This document shows, piece after piece, positions 1 to 9,542 of a stretch of DNA of 64,000 nt; position 1 is the stretch's first letter, and each line of letters starts with the position of its first letter. Under the pieces are notes generated by a model. It worked only from the letters and a program-made list of their open reading frames with translations, searched no databases and was not told where the DNA came from. The stretch is from an uncultured Oscillospiraceae bacterium (GTDB lineage Bacteria; Bacillota; Clostridia; Oscillospirales; Oscillospiraceae): NCBI GenBank assembly GCA_964495095.1, contig CAZBUH010000001.1, positions 2,491-66,490 on the forward strand, in the 5' to 3' direction. A program made the position numbers and the translations under genes.

Positions 1-580
1 CCAGCAGACGGTATTTCTGGTCGTAATTCCGCACCATAACCCCTGCCACCCGGCCGGAATTATCCGTTATGATGTCGGAGAAAAATGTGCGGCTGCTGAA
101 GGTCACATTTTCACGCTCGGCCACTATATAGGAGAGGGCTTTTACGGCCTCGCGCCCGGTTGCGTCGCCTCCGGCGTGGACTATCCTGTTTTTGCGGTGG
201 CCGCCCTCGCGGGTTATTTGCAGGTCGCCGTATTCGTTCAGATCAAAAGGAACGTTCATGGAGATAAGCTCTTTTACATCTTTTGGTCCCTCGTCAACAA
301 GCACCTTGACGGCCGCCTCGTTGCACAGCCCGGCTCCGGCGATAAGGGTGTCCTGAAAATGGAGCTCCGGGTCGTCGTCCGTGGAGATGGCCGCAGCAAT
401 ACCGCCCTGGGCCAGCCAGGTGTTGGAGATGGAAAGGTTTTCTTTTGTCAGGATACAGCAGGAGTAGTTTTCGTCCACATTGAGAGCGGTGTACAGCCCG
501 GCAAGTCCGGCGCCGACAATAACTACGTCGTAATACTGGACCTCTGAAATTTTTATGGAACTATCTGTCGCGTAACGCAT
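1..580 (-). CDS. nadB: L-aspartate oxidase, N-terminal ~193 codons (gene continues past the left window edge)
   Basis: Absent from the ORF track because it is open at the window edge. Manual minus-strand translation from ATG at 578-580 gives MRYATDSSIKISEVQYYDVVIVGAGLAGLYTAL..TWLAQGGIAAA..HFQDTLIAGAGLCNE..EGGHRKNRIVHAGGDATGRE. This shows the FAD GxGxxG fold plus NadB-type blocks. The + ORF 176..547 is its antisense shadow. Confidence 0.8.
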   Translation of the reverse strand, partial: MRYATDSSIKISEVQYYDVVIVGAGLAGLYTALNVDENYSCCILTKENLSISNTWLAQGGIAAAISTDDDPELHFQDTLIAGAGLCNEAAVKVLVDEGPKDVKELISMNVPFDLNEYGDLQITREGGHRKNRIVHAGGDATGREAVKALSYIVAERENVTFSSRTFFSDIITDNSGRVAGVMVRNYDQKYRLL

Positions 581-665
581 AAGCTTACCTCTATTTCCGG
601 CAACATGTATTTAACAGTTATTTTACCACATGGCGTCTATTTTGCAAGTAAAATTATCTTTGATT

Positions 666-1274
666 TCATATTCCGAACTTGAACACAATGCCTATGACTG
701 CCGAGGCCGCGAGAAAGAAAATGGGGTGTATTTTAACTTTTTTCATAACGATAAACAGGATAACGGCCAGGAGAATGGCTTTTATATTAAATATATCGGT
801 AAAAACGCCTGTCTCTTTCCATAAGTCCAGATTAATAAGGGATATCTTCATTACCTCCACGCCGGCGGCGGCGATAAGTCCTACGGAAGCGGGGCGCAGG
901 CCATAGAAAATGCTGTCTACAAGAGGGCTTTCGCGGAATTTCCTGAGCACCTTGGAAATGAGGATTATGACTGTCACCGAGGGCGTTACAAGCCCGATTA
1001 TGGCTATGATGCTGCCGGGTATTCCCGCCGTCGTAAAGCCCACGTAGGAGGCCATATTGCAGCCCATGGCGCCGGGGGTTGACTCGGATATAGCAATCAT
1101 GTCGGCAAGCTGCGCATGGGTAAACCAGCCGGTGGCGTCAGACATGTCGTACAGAAACGGTATTGTGGCAAGGCCGCCTCCGACCGAAAAAAGGCCGGTT
1201 TTGAAAAATTCGTAAAAAAGACGCAGGTAGGTGGGGATATACCCGGCAAGCTGTGAAAAAAATTCCGTTATCAT
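666..1274 (-). CDS. chromate transporter (CHR) family protein, second half of a split pair
   Basis: 202-aa polytopic membrane protein. GLFSVGGGLATIPF and ISESTPGAMGCNMA blocks are typical of the CHR family. It overlaps the upstream half-gene by 4 nt. Confidence 0.8.
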   Translation of the reverse strand: MITEFFSQLAGYIPTYLRLFYEFFKTGLFSVGGGLATIPFLYDMSDATGWFTHAQLADMIAISESTPGAMGCNMASYVGFTTAGIPGSIIAIIGLVTPSVTVIILISKVLRKFRESPLVDSIFYGLRPASVGLIAAAGVEVMKISLINLDLWKETGVFTDIFNIKAILLAVILFIVMKKVKIHPIFFLAASAVIGIVFKFGI

Positions 1275-1816
1275 TTTGCCGCCTCCCTGCGAATACGCTT
1301 TATTATATAACCGGTAAGCCCGGCGGCCAGAACCACAAGCGCGGTGGGTATGTCAAGGAAAACGGCGATTATAAAAACTATGCCGAAGATTATCATCCCT
1401 GTTTTGTCCTTAACAGCGCTCTTCCAGAGCTTTATAACCGAATTGAGTATAAGAACGCATACGCAGACCCGGACTCCGGCGAAAGCGTTTTTGACCACGT
1501 CAAGCTCTGCGAAATTCTGCACGAATGCAGCAATTATCGTAATTATCACCATGGCCGGAAAGCATATCCCGAGAGTGGCGAATATGCTGCCCGGTATGCC
1601 GCGCTTTTTATACCCGATAAAGGTGGCGGTGTTGACGGCAATGACTCCCGGCGTACACTGGCCTATGGCAAAATAGTCTGTAAGCTCCTCGTCGGTAGTC
1701 CAGCCCTTTTTTTCCACAAGCTCCCGCTGAAGTATAGGGAGCATGGCGTAGCCGCCGCCGAAGGTCATGGTGCCTATTTTGGCGAAAGTAATGAACATTG
1801 TTAAGAGTTCCTTCAT
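1271..1816 (-). CDS. chromate transporter (CHR) family protein, first half of a split pair
   Basis: 181 aa. KIGTMTFGGGYAMLPILQRE and GQCTPGVIAVNTATFIGY blocks are present, giving the short-chain CHR paired arrangement. Confidence 0.8.
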   Translation of the reverse strand: MKELLTMFITFAKIGTMTFGGGYAMLPILQRELVEKKGWTTDEELTDYFAIGQCTPGVIAVNTATFIGYKKRGIPGSIFATLGICFPAMVIITIIAAFVQNFAELDVVKNAFAGVRVCVCVLILNSVIKLWKSAVKDKTGMIIFGIVFIIAVFLDIPTALVVLAAGLTGYIIKRIRREAAK

Positions 1817-1984
1817 ACTTATCAGCCTTTCCTGATATTCTCAATTATTGTAGCAGAATAAGCATACATTTTCAATATGGAGAAATTCTTCTGAGAAGTT
1901 TACATAATTTACATAAAATTACTGGATATTTTTTCGGATATATGTTATGATGTATTCATATATAGAAACATAGGGGGCGGAGCA

Positions 1985-2821
1985 ATGACATACCTAATGT
2001 CTATTTTTCTTGGATTTGTACAGGGAGTGGCGGAATTCCTGCCGATTTCCAGCTCAGGGCATCTTTCCATTCTGCAAAACCTTATGCACTTGCAATATTC
2101 CGAGGAGGATAACCTGTTTTTTGACGTACTCCTGCATCTTGGTACGCTGATTTCCGTGTGTTTTGTATACCGCAAGGAACTTCAGGCTATGATAGTTGAC
2201 ACGGTGGGAGCTATCAGGGGCGTCGGCGGAAAGACCGGCGACGGAGCCAGGTTTACGCCGTCCGTACGCACCGTGGTAATGATAGTCATAGCCACTCTGC
2301 CGCTTATAGTGATCCTGCCGTTTAACGGGCTTTTGGATAAATTGTATTCCAATACGCTTTTCATAGGCTTTGCGCTTATAATTACAGGAGGAATACTGTT
2401 TACGTCAGATAAGCTCCAGGCCGGAAGGAAAAACGCCAAGAGCATGACAGTTATGGATGCGGTGCTGATAGGCATAGCCCAGGCTATCGCCGTGATACCC
2501 GGCGTCTCCCGCTCCGGCTCAACAATTTCTGTCGGTGTCGCCCAGGGGCTTGACAGGAATTTTGCCGTAAAATTCTCCTTCCTTGTCTCCATACCCGCCG
2601 TATTGGGGGCAAACATAATAAGCCTTATAAAGGCTATCTCCAGAGGAATAAATTCAGCGCTTATCCCTATGTACTTAGTGGGCATGCTGGTTGCCATGGT
2701 GTCGGGCTATTTCGCCATACGCCTTATAAAGCTGCTTATGGAAAAGGGCAAATTCGGCAAATTCGCATATTACTGCTGGGCCGTGGGCGCAGTCGTAATG
2801 ATAGTTTCATTTATTGTATAG
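1985..2821 (+). CDS. uppP: undecaprenyl-diphosphate phosphatase
   Basis: 278 aa, polytopic. It carries the BacA/UppP signatures GVAEFLPISSSGHL and PGVSRSGSTI. Confidence 0.9.
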   Translation: MTYLMSIFLGFVQGVAEFLPISSSGHLSILQNLMHLQYSEEDNLFFDVLLHLGTLISVCFVYRKELQAMIVDTVGAIRGVGGKTGDGARFTPSVRTVVMIVIATLPLIVILPFNGLLDKLYSNTLFIGFALIITGGILFTSDKLQAGRKNAKSMTVMDAVLIGIAQAIAVIPGVSRSGSTISVGVAQGLDRNFAVKFSFLVSIPAVLGANIISLIKAISRGINSALIPMYLVGMLVAMVSGYFAIRLIKLLMEKGKFGKFAYYCWAVGAVVMIVSFIV

Positions 2822-2840
2822 TCTGAGGTGACTTTATTCA

Positions 2841-5486
2841 ATGGCTCAAGCTAATGCTAAAAAGAGTACCGCGAAAAAAAATACAAAGACCTCCCAGGCC
2901 ACGGAAAAAACGCAAAAAACTCCCAGACGCCGTGAGATAGGTGCCTTTGTATGTCTGGTGCTCGGTATTCTCTCATTTATAGGGTACGTGCCCCTTGACG
3001 CGGTATTTATAAAATATTTCTGCGGCTCAATAAAGGGCATAATCGGCTGGGGTTTTTACCTTCTGCCGCCGATGCTTCTTTTGTGCTCCTACATACTGTT
3101 CTTCCACAGAGGAAGGCCGGTGCGCTTCAGGGTGTTTTCCGCCCTCATAACCACGGTGTTTTTAGGGGCGCTTCTCCATATTTTTATATGCAAAGTTGAT
3201 TACACTCTGTCCGGCGCCATGTTCAAGGAACTGGCCCGGGACTCCTTTTGGCATATCTTCAAATCGGGGGAGAGCGGACTTATCTGCGGCGGAGTGGTAA
3301 GCGGAGTCCTAGCCGTGGTGTTTCAGAAGCTCTTCAGTACGGTGGGCGCTGTAATACTGCTTATTCTGGGACTTGCCTTCTTCGCCTTTTCCGCATGCAA
3401 TCTGACCCTTGTGTATGTCATAGATAAGTTTAAAAACCGCCGCCGCCTTGAATACGAGCCGGAGCCGGAGCCGGAAAAGCGTAAAAAATACCGCCCGGAG
3501 CCGTCGGACGAGCATATTTCAGTGCGCCGGAACAATTCGCGCCCGGAGATTGATATACCTATAGACGACCCCATAATGCCGGAGCCGGAGAGGAAGAAAG
3601 GCTCGTTTTTCAATAAAAAAGCGGGCGTAAAGCGGCCGGACCAGCTTTTTGAAAACAAGAAGGAAAAGGCGGGGACGGAAGAAACTGAAAAAGCTCCTGT
3701 GGAATTCGACGTTATATATAAAGAGGACTCCTCTGAGGCTTCTGCCGCTGCTTCGGAGCCACTTACCCAACCGGAGCCCGAGACTTCCGGAGCGGACGAT
3801 ATAGACATCCCGTTCTTTGGCAGAAACGGCGAAAAACGGGTTATGCCTGCAAATCAGGGGCCCGCAAGAGCGGAAACCGAGCCGAAGCTTACTAAGGCCG
3901 GCATTGCAAAGGAACAGGCGGAGATAGCAAGGCAGGCCGAGCAGGGGATGGCTGCGGATGAGAGCGATTACCAGTTCCCGCCGCTGAGCCTTTTAAACTG
4001 CGCCGCACCGGGAAATCTGGTGGACAGCGGCGCAGAGCAGCGTGAGACAAGGGAACGGCTTGAGACGGCCATAAGAAGCTTTGGGATCAATGTAGAGGTC
4101 AGCAATATAGTTCACGGCCCGTCAGTCACCAGATATGAAATTGAGCTTGAGGCAGGCGTAAAGCTCAACAAGCTCACGAACCTTGCCGACGATATCGCCC
4201 TTTCCCTTGGGGCCAGCGGAGTGAGAATAGCGCCTATACCGAATAAAATATCAACCGTGGGCATAGAGGTGCCCAACCGGCATGTGAGCACGGTGTACCT
4301 GCGGGATATAATTGATTCCGATGAGTTTAAAAACGCAAAATCGAAGCTCACCTTCGCCATAGGCAAGAATATAAGCGGCGAGGCCGTGGTGGGGAACATT
4401 TCAAAGCTTCCCCATATGCTGGTGGCCGGTACAACCGGCTCCGGCAAATCCGTATGTCTCAACTCGCTTATTCTGAGCATACTCTACAAGGCAAAGCCGG
4501 ATGAAGTGAAATTCATCATGGTAGACCCCAAGATGGTTGAATTTAAAATCTACAACGGTATACCGCATCTGCTTATCCCTGTCGTTACAGAGGCTAAGAA
4601 GGCCGCCGGTGCGCTGCAGTGGGCCGTTACGGAGATGATGAAGCGCTACAGGCTGTTTTCCGAGACAAACGCCAGGGATTTGGCCGGATACAATGCCGCT
4701 TGCAGGGCCAGCGAGGACGAGAATATGACGCCGCTTCCGCAGATAGTGGTAGTTATAGATGAGCTGGCGGACCTTATGATGGTAGCGGCCAAAGAGGTCG
4801 AGGAGTCCATATGCCGTGTGGCCCAAATGGGACGGGCTGCCGGCGTACACCTTGTAATTGCTACCCAAAGCCCACGGGCCGACGTTATCACGGGGCTTAT
4901 GAAGGCCAATATCCCGTCCAGAATAGCCCTTAAGGTTTCCTCCGGACTTGAATCCAGGATTATACTTGATAGCGGCGGCAACGCTGAAGCCCTTATGGGC
5001 AACGGCGATATGCTGTACGCGCCCATAGGCACCAGCAAGCCTGTAAGAATACAGGGCACCTGGGTCAGCGACGAGGAACGTGAGGCAATTGTGGAGTTCT
5101 TGAAAAACTCCGGTACTGCCGAATACGCCGAGGACGTTATTGACCAGATAGAAAAAGCCGCGGCGGGAAAGGACGCCCAGAAATCCGAGCCGGAGCAGGC
5201 TGACAGCAGCGACTATGACGAGCTTCTGCCGCAGGCGGTGGATGTTGTTTTGGAAATGGGACAGGCCTCCGTATCGATGCTCCAGCGGAAGCTTAAGCTT
5301 GGATACTCACGGGCCGCCAGAATCGTCGATCAGATGGAGGAAATAGGCGTTGTAGGCCCATTTGAGGGCGCAAAGCCGAGGCCCCTGCTCATAACCCGCC
5401 AGCAGTGGCAGGAGATGCAGTTTATTAACGGCACGGCGCCTGTGGAACAGATAAACGGCGACGCGCCGTATACAGAAGAACTTTGA
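2841..5486 (+). CDS. ftsK: DNA translocase FtsK/SpoIIIE
   Basis: 881 aa with N-terminal TM segments and a low-complexity P/E-rich linker. Walker A is GTTGSGKS and Walker B is VVVIDELADLM. The C-terminal gamma wHTH is SVSMLQRKLKLGYSRAARIVDQME. Confidence 0.93.
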   Translation: MAQANAKKSTAKKNTKTSQATEKTQKTPRRREIGAFVCLVLGILSFIGYVPLDAVFIKYFCGSIKGIIGWGFYLLPPMLLLCSYILFFHRGRPVRFRVFSALITTVFLGALLHIFICKVDYTLSGAMFKELARDSFWHIFKSGESGLICGGVVSGVLAVVFQKLFSTVGAVILLILGLAFFAFSACNLTLVYVIDKFKNRRRLEYEPEPEPEKRKKYRPEPSDEHISVRRNNSRPEIDIPIDDPIMPEPERKKGSFFNKKAGVKRPDQLFENKKEKAGTEETEKAPVEFDVIYKEDSSEASAAASEPLTQPEPETSGADDIDIPFFGRNGEKRVMPANQGPARAETEPKLTKAGIAKEQAEIARQAEQGMAADESDYQFPPLSLLNCAAPGNLVDSGAEQRETRERLETAIRSFGINVEVSNIVHGPSVTRYEIELEAGVKLNKLTNLADDIALSLGASGVRIAPIPNKISTVGIEVPNRHVSTVYLRDIIDSDEFKNAKSKLTFAIGKNISGEAVVGNISKLPHMLVAGTTGSGKSVCLNSLILSILYKAKPDEVKFIMVDPKMVEFKIYNGIPHLLIPVVTEAKKAAGALQWAVTEMMKRYRLFSETNARDLAGYNAACRASEDENMTPLPQIVVVIDELADLMMVAAKEVEESICRVAQMGRAAGVHLVIATQSPRADVITGLMKANIPSRIALKVSSGLESRIILDSGGNAEALMGNGDMLYAPIGTSKPVRIQGTWVSDEEREAIVEFLKNSGTAEYAEDVIDQIEKAAAGKDAQKSEPEQADSSDYDELLPQAVDVVLEMGQASVSMLQRKLKLGYSRAARIVDQMEEIGVVGPFEGAKPRPLLITRQQWQEMQFINGTAPVEQINGDAPYTEEL

Positions 5487-5490
5487 TGAA

Positions 5491-5531
5491 AAAGAGCTGT
5501 TTTGCTAATAGATTTAAAACAGCTCTTTTTT
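5491..5531 (+). terminator. rho-independent terminator after ftsK
   Basis: Perfect 13-bp stem AAAGAGCTGTTTT / AAAACAGCTCTTT followed by a T run. Confidence 0.75.
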
Positions 5532-5555
5532 ATGCAAAAAAGTGAGGAATACGCT

Positions 5556-6911
5556 ATGAATATTTTTGTAAAGGACAGAGGATTCTATAAGAGCCTTGTG
5601 TCCATCGCCGTGCCGATACTCCTGCAGAATATCATCTCCTTTGGGGTGAACATGATGGATACGGTGATGCTGGGCAAATTCGGAGAGGTTGCCCTTTCCG
5701 GCTCGTCCATGGCAAACCAGTATTTTGTGATATTCAACATGATAACCCTCGGCCTGGGCGGGGGAGCGGCGGTGATAACAGCTCAATACTGGGGCAAAAA
5801 GGAGATACAGCCAATAAAGGAAATGACCTCTATCCTTATGCGGATGGCGATATGTATCTCGATAGTATTCGGGGCGCTGGCGGCAATTTTTCCGACCCAG
5901 ATACTGACGATATATACCAATGACCGGGAGGTAATTGCGGCGGGAGCGAAATATCTGAGGATACTCAGCATTTCATTCCTGTTTTTCGGCGTCTCCATGT
6001 CCGCTACCGGTATACTTCGTTCCATAGGCGTAGTACGGCTTCCTCTCTGTACCTCCATAGGCTCATTCATTCTGAATATCTTTTTTAACTATGTCTTTAT
6101 ATTCGGCAAATTCGGCGCCCCACGGATGGAGCTTGCAGGCGCCGCAGTGGGCACGGTAATAGCCAGGGGCTTTGAATTCTGCGTGATGGGCGGATACCTT
6201 TTCTTTTTCAATAAGCGCCTTAATTTCCGGCTGCGCGATATGAGGCTTTTCAGCCGCTCAATGCTGAAAAGCTACGCCAAAAGCGGCCTTCCAGTGCTTG
6301 TATCCGACTTTGTGACAGTGCTCTCCATATCGATAACCTCTATAATTATCGGCCACTGCGGCCAGGAATACATAGCGGCAAACAGTATTGTGTCCATTGT
6401 GAATAACCTTGTGGGGCTTATAACAATGAGCCTTGCTGCCGCGTCCAGCATAATAACCGGCAATACCGTTGGGGCAGGCGGCAGGGACATGGCCTACCGG
6501 CAGGGCATTACGATAATCGCCCTGGGCGTTCTGCTCGGTATTTTCGGCTCTGTAATACTGCTTCTTATACAGACTCCGTTTATCGGCATTTATGACGTGG
6601 GGGAGGTCACTAAAAATTTCGCGCATCAAATGCTGAATGCGCTGGCTGGGCTATTTATTTTCCAGTCTCTGGACGGCCTTTTGACAAAGGGGATACTCCG
6701 GGGAGGCGGCGACACAAAATACCTGCTTTTCGGAGATCCGGTCTTTATATGGATAATTTCCATACCCTTCGGATATCTGGCTGCTTTCGTGTGGGATTTT
6801 CCAGTGTGGGGCATATTTCTGGCGCTGAATTCTGATAGATTCGTAAAGGTTATCATAAATCTTGTAAGATTTTTCAGCAGGAGATGGATAAAGGATATTA
6901 CCGTCTCTTAA
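5556..6911 (+). CDS. MATE family efflux transporter
   Basis: ~12-TM protein with a MATE-like N-terminus (SLVSIAVPILLQNIISFGVNMMDTVMLG). ATG 5556 is preferred over 5502 for two reasons: 5502-5531 lies inside the ftsK terminator hairpin, and a GAGGA RBS precedes 5556. Confidence 0.85.
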   Translation: MNIFVKDRGFYKSLVSIAVPILLQNIISFGVNMMDTVMLGKFGEVALSGSSMANQYFVIFNMITLGLGGGAAVITAQYWGKKEIQPIKEMTSILMRMAICISIVFGALAAIFPTQILTIYTNDREVIAAGAKYLRILSISFLFFGVSMSATGILRSIGVVRLPLCTSIGSFILNIFFNYVFIFGKFGAPRMELAGAAVGTVIARGFEFCVMGGYLFFFNKRLNFRLRDMRLFSRSMLKSYAKSGLPVLVSDFVTVLSISITSIIIGHCGQEYIAANSIVSIVNNLVGLITMSLAAASSIITGNTVGAGGRDMAYRQGITIIALGVLLGIFGSVILLLIQTPFIGIYDVGEVTKNFAHQMLNALAGLFIFQSLDGLLTKGILRGGGDTKYLLFGDPVFIWIISIPFGYLAAFVWDFPVWGIFLALNSDRFVKVIINLVRFFSRRWIKDITVS

Positions 6912-6977
6912 ATTTCTTTTCCGCCGACACAGAGAGTACAAATCTTCAGTGTACTATGGGGATAGAGGGGTGATTGT

Positions 6978-7649
6978 ATGAACTACCGAATACTTATAGT
7001 GGAAGATGAAGATAAGCTCCGGGAGGTACTCTGTGATTATTTTATAAGCCGCGGTGATATCCCGACGGAGGCCCCGGATGGCGGGCGTGCGTTGGAGCTT
7101 ATTCAGGAAAACAGCTTTGACGCAGTGCTTCTGGATATTATGATGCCGGGGCTGGACGGCTTTTCCGTCTGCCGCGCTCTCCGCCGTGAGAGCGACGTGC
7201 CCGTGATTTTCCTGACGGCGATGTCCGATGAGGACGACAAGCTCCTGGGATACGAGCTGGGTGCCGACGACTATATTACAAAGCCCTTTTCCATGTCCGT
7301 ACTCTACGCTAAGGTCTGCGCCCTTATAAAGAGAAACCGGGGCAGCATTTCGTCCGACGGCAAATTTATACTTGGCGGCATAACAATAGATACGAAAACA
7401 CACCGCGTGGTGGCCGGCGGCAGGGAGGCGGCACTTACTCCAAAGGAGTATGATATCCTGATGTGCCTTGCCAGAAATAAAAATATCGTTATGACAAGGG
7501 AGCAGCTTCTTATAAAATGCTGGGGCTACGACTACGAGGGGAACATCAGGGCAGTGGACACCCAAATAAAGCGCCTTCGGGAGAAGCTGGGACAGCAGGG
7601 AGCCATGATAAAGACAGTCATAAAATCCGGATATAAGCTGGAGGTGTGA
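6978..7649 (+). CDS. OmpR-family response regulator
   Basis: Receiver domain (ILIVEDE, LLDIMMPGLDG, ITKPF) plus a Trans_reg_C effector (LTPKEYDILMCLARN..IKSGYKLEV). Confidence 0.9.
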   Translation: MNYRILIVEDEDKLREVLCDYFISRGDIPTEAPDGGRALELIQENSFDAVLLDIMMPGLDGFSVCRALRRESDVPVIFLTAMSDEDDKLLGYELGADDYITKPFSMSVLYAKVCALIKRNRGSISSDGKFILGGITIDTKTHRVVAGGREAALTPKEYDILMCLARNKNIVMTREQLLIKCWGYDYEGNIRAVDTQIKRLREKLGQQGAMIKTVIKSGYKLEV

Positions 7650-7650
7650 C

Positions 7651-9495
7651 ATGCTTTTTCACGGAAAGAATAAAAAGATAACGAAGGCCTTCGGGCTGTC
7701 GGCGCTTGTGATAATGCTGTCCTTCTGGGCAGTCTGCATGTACTGGCTCACCTATGAGTCGGCATACGAAATACGGGAGAGCGCTACTGTCAAGGCAAAT
7801 TACTCCGCCCGGGAGGTTATGGAGCATGTCGGCGCCTGTTTTGAGCGTATAAATACCGGAAACCCGGGAGCAGTAGGCTATGCAGTGTGCCAGAGCCTGG
7901 ATATGCCGATATATGCGTCTTTTGGAGCAACGCTTGCGACTGCAAGCTATGATCTTAACGACGCTTACGCCGCGGCGATTTACGACAGCGAGGGCAATGA
8001 GCTTTTCAGGTCCGGAAATTTTATATATTTTAATTACTGCGACGACAGCGGAAATATTGATAATTTAGCCTACGCAATGCTGGATAAACAGTTTCCAAAC
8101 GCTGAGGCGGATGAGAACGGGTATAAATTTCCGGATATGTTTTCATTTATGTCCTGCCAGGAAGTGGAGCTTACGGGCGTGATGGACGGCGGTGAGCTTT
8201 TGCTGCAAAAAATAGTGGGCTTTGTACCGAAAGCGCCTGGTTCTGTCTCCGGTGACTGGATCACATTTTTTGAGGACTACTCCCTTGTGCCCAGGAATGC
8301 GGAAACCGTCACGCTTTCAACAGAGTTCGGATATTTCCATTTATCGTCTTATAATTACAGTGACCGCAAAGAACTGTGGAATACCCTCGAAAGCAATGCC
8401 AAATACAACATCGAGGGAAATGAGAACGTGGTTTTTAATTTGGAAAAGCTTTGGGATACCCGGCGTGTATATCAATATGAGATAATATGCGGCGGGGAAA
8501 AGCTCTATTATGCGGCGGCTGTCGGCTTTAACCCGCTAAGAGCAGCCGTGTCGCGGCTTTTGGGCGTCTATCTTATAACATTCGTTATGACTGTAGGCTG
8601 GCCTGCTGGTATGCTATTAGATCTGCGGAGTCGTATCGAAAAGCCGCTGAAGGAACTGAACAGAAGCTATTCCGCCGGATATAAGCGGCACCCCCTCTAC
8701 GGAAACAGCCTTAAATTTGCCGAGATAGAGCGCCTTGCGGAAAATTACGATGATGTCCAGCGGAAGCTGGATGAGAGGGATTCGCAGCTTATCGCCGCCC
8801 AAAAGGCCCTGGATTTTGCCAAAACAGCGGAGGAGAACAGAAGAATCCTAACCTCAAATATCGCGCATGAGCTGAAAACGCCCCTTGCCGTTATACATAG
8901 CTATGCCGAGGGCCTTCAGGAGCACATAGCGGAGGATAAGCGGGACCACTATCTTCGGGTTATCCTGGACGAGACGGAGCGGCTGGACAGCATGGTGCTG
9001 GATATGCTGGATATCTCAAGGATGGAGGCAGGAAAGACAAAGCTGTATAAGGAGAGCTTTTCCCTCCTTGAGCTTACGGAATCGGTGTTTGACAGGCTGC
9101 GTATGGCCTGCGAGGGCAAGAATATACAGGTCGAAATAAAGGCAGCGGAGAGAGTTGACACCTTTGCCGATGTGAGGCGGATGGAACAGGTGGTTGAAAA
9201 TTTGGCCACAAACGCCGTCAAGAATACCCGCTCCGGCGGCAGCATAACGGTAAATATCATCAAAAACAGCGGCGGCGACAAGACGCGTTTCTCCATAGAA
9301 AACGACGGCGATAATATCCCCGAGGATAAGCTGGAAAAGCTGTGGGACGTTTTTTACAGGACCGACAATTCCCGTGACCGTTCCGGCGGCACTGGCCTCG
9401 GCCTTGCCATAGTGAAAAATATAATCCAGCTCCACGGAGGGGGCTGCACTGTCCAAAACACTCCAAGGGGAGTGAGATTCAGCTTTACGGTATAA
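7651..9495 (+). CDS. sensor histidine kinase with a large extracytoplasmic domain
   Basis: Two TM segments flank a ~290-aa unrecognised sensor region. H-box is SNIAHELKTPL; N/G1/G2 boxes are present (ENDGDNIP, GTGLGLAIV). The start lies 2 nt after the regulator stop. Confidence 0.9.
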   Translation: MLFHGKNKKITKAFGLSALVIMLSFWAVCMYWLTYESAYEIRESATVKANYSAREVMEHVGACFERINTGNPGAVGYAVCQSLDMPIYASFGATLATASYDLNDAYAAAIYDSEGNELFRSGNFIYFNYCDDSGNIDNLAYAMLDKQFPNAEADENGYKFPDMFSFMSCQEVELTGVMDGGELLLQKIVGFVPKAPGSVSGDWITFFEDYSLVPRNAETVTLSTEFGYFHLSSYNYSDRKELWNTLESNAKYNIEGNENVVFNLEKLWDTRRVYQYEIICGGEKLYYAAAVGFNPLRAAVSRLLGVYLITFVMTVGWPAGMLLDLRSRIEKPLKELNRSYSAGYKRHPLYGNSLKFAEIERLAENYDDVQRKLDERDSQLIAAQKALDFAKTAEENRRILTSNIAHELKTPLAVIHSYAEGLQEHIAEDKRDHYLRVILDETERLDSMVLDMLDISRMEAGKTKLYKESFSLLELTESVFDRLRMACEGKNIQVEIKAAERVDTFADVRRMEQVVENLATNAVKNTRSGGSITVNIIKNSGGDKTRFSIENDGDNIPEDKLEKLWDVFYRTDNSRDRSGGTGLGLAIVKNIIQLHGGGCTVQNTPRGVRFSFTV

Positions 9496-9537
9496 AAAGC
9501 AATGCCCCCGGCGCATCTGCGCCGGGGGCATTGCTTT
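9492..9537. terminator. bidirectional terminator between convergent genes
   Basis: 17-bp perfect stem GCAATGCCCCCGGCGCA / TGCGCCGGGGGCATTGC with A/T runs on both sides. Confidence 0.8.
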
Positions 9538-9542
9538 GGCAG

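Noticed and set aside
176-547. 123-aa + strand ORF at the left edge
   Set aside because: It is the antisense shadow of the clearly recognisable nadB coding sequence on the minus strand, and its product is low-complexity and Val/Gly-rich.
3456-3475. Short tandem repeat GAGCCG GAGCCG GAGCCG within ftsK
   Set aside because: It encodes the EPEPEP low-complexity linker typical of FtsK and is not an independent repeat element.
6954-7652. 232-aa minus-strand ORF
   Set aside because: It is antisense to the OmpR-family response regulator, whose motifs are unambiguous.
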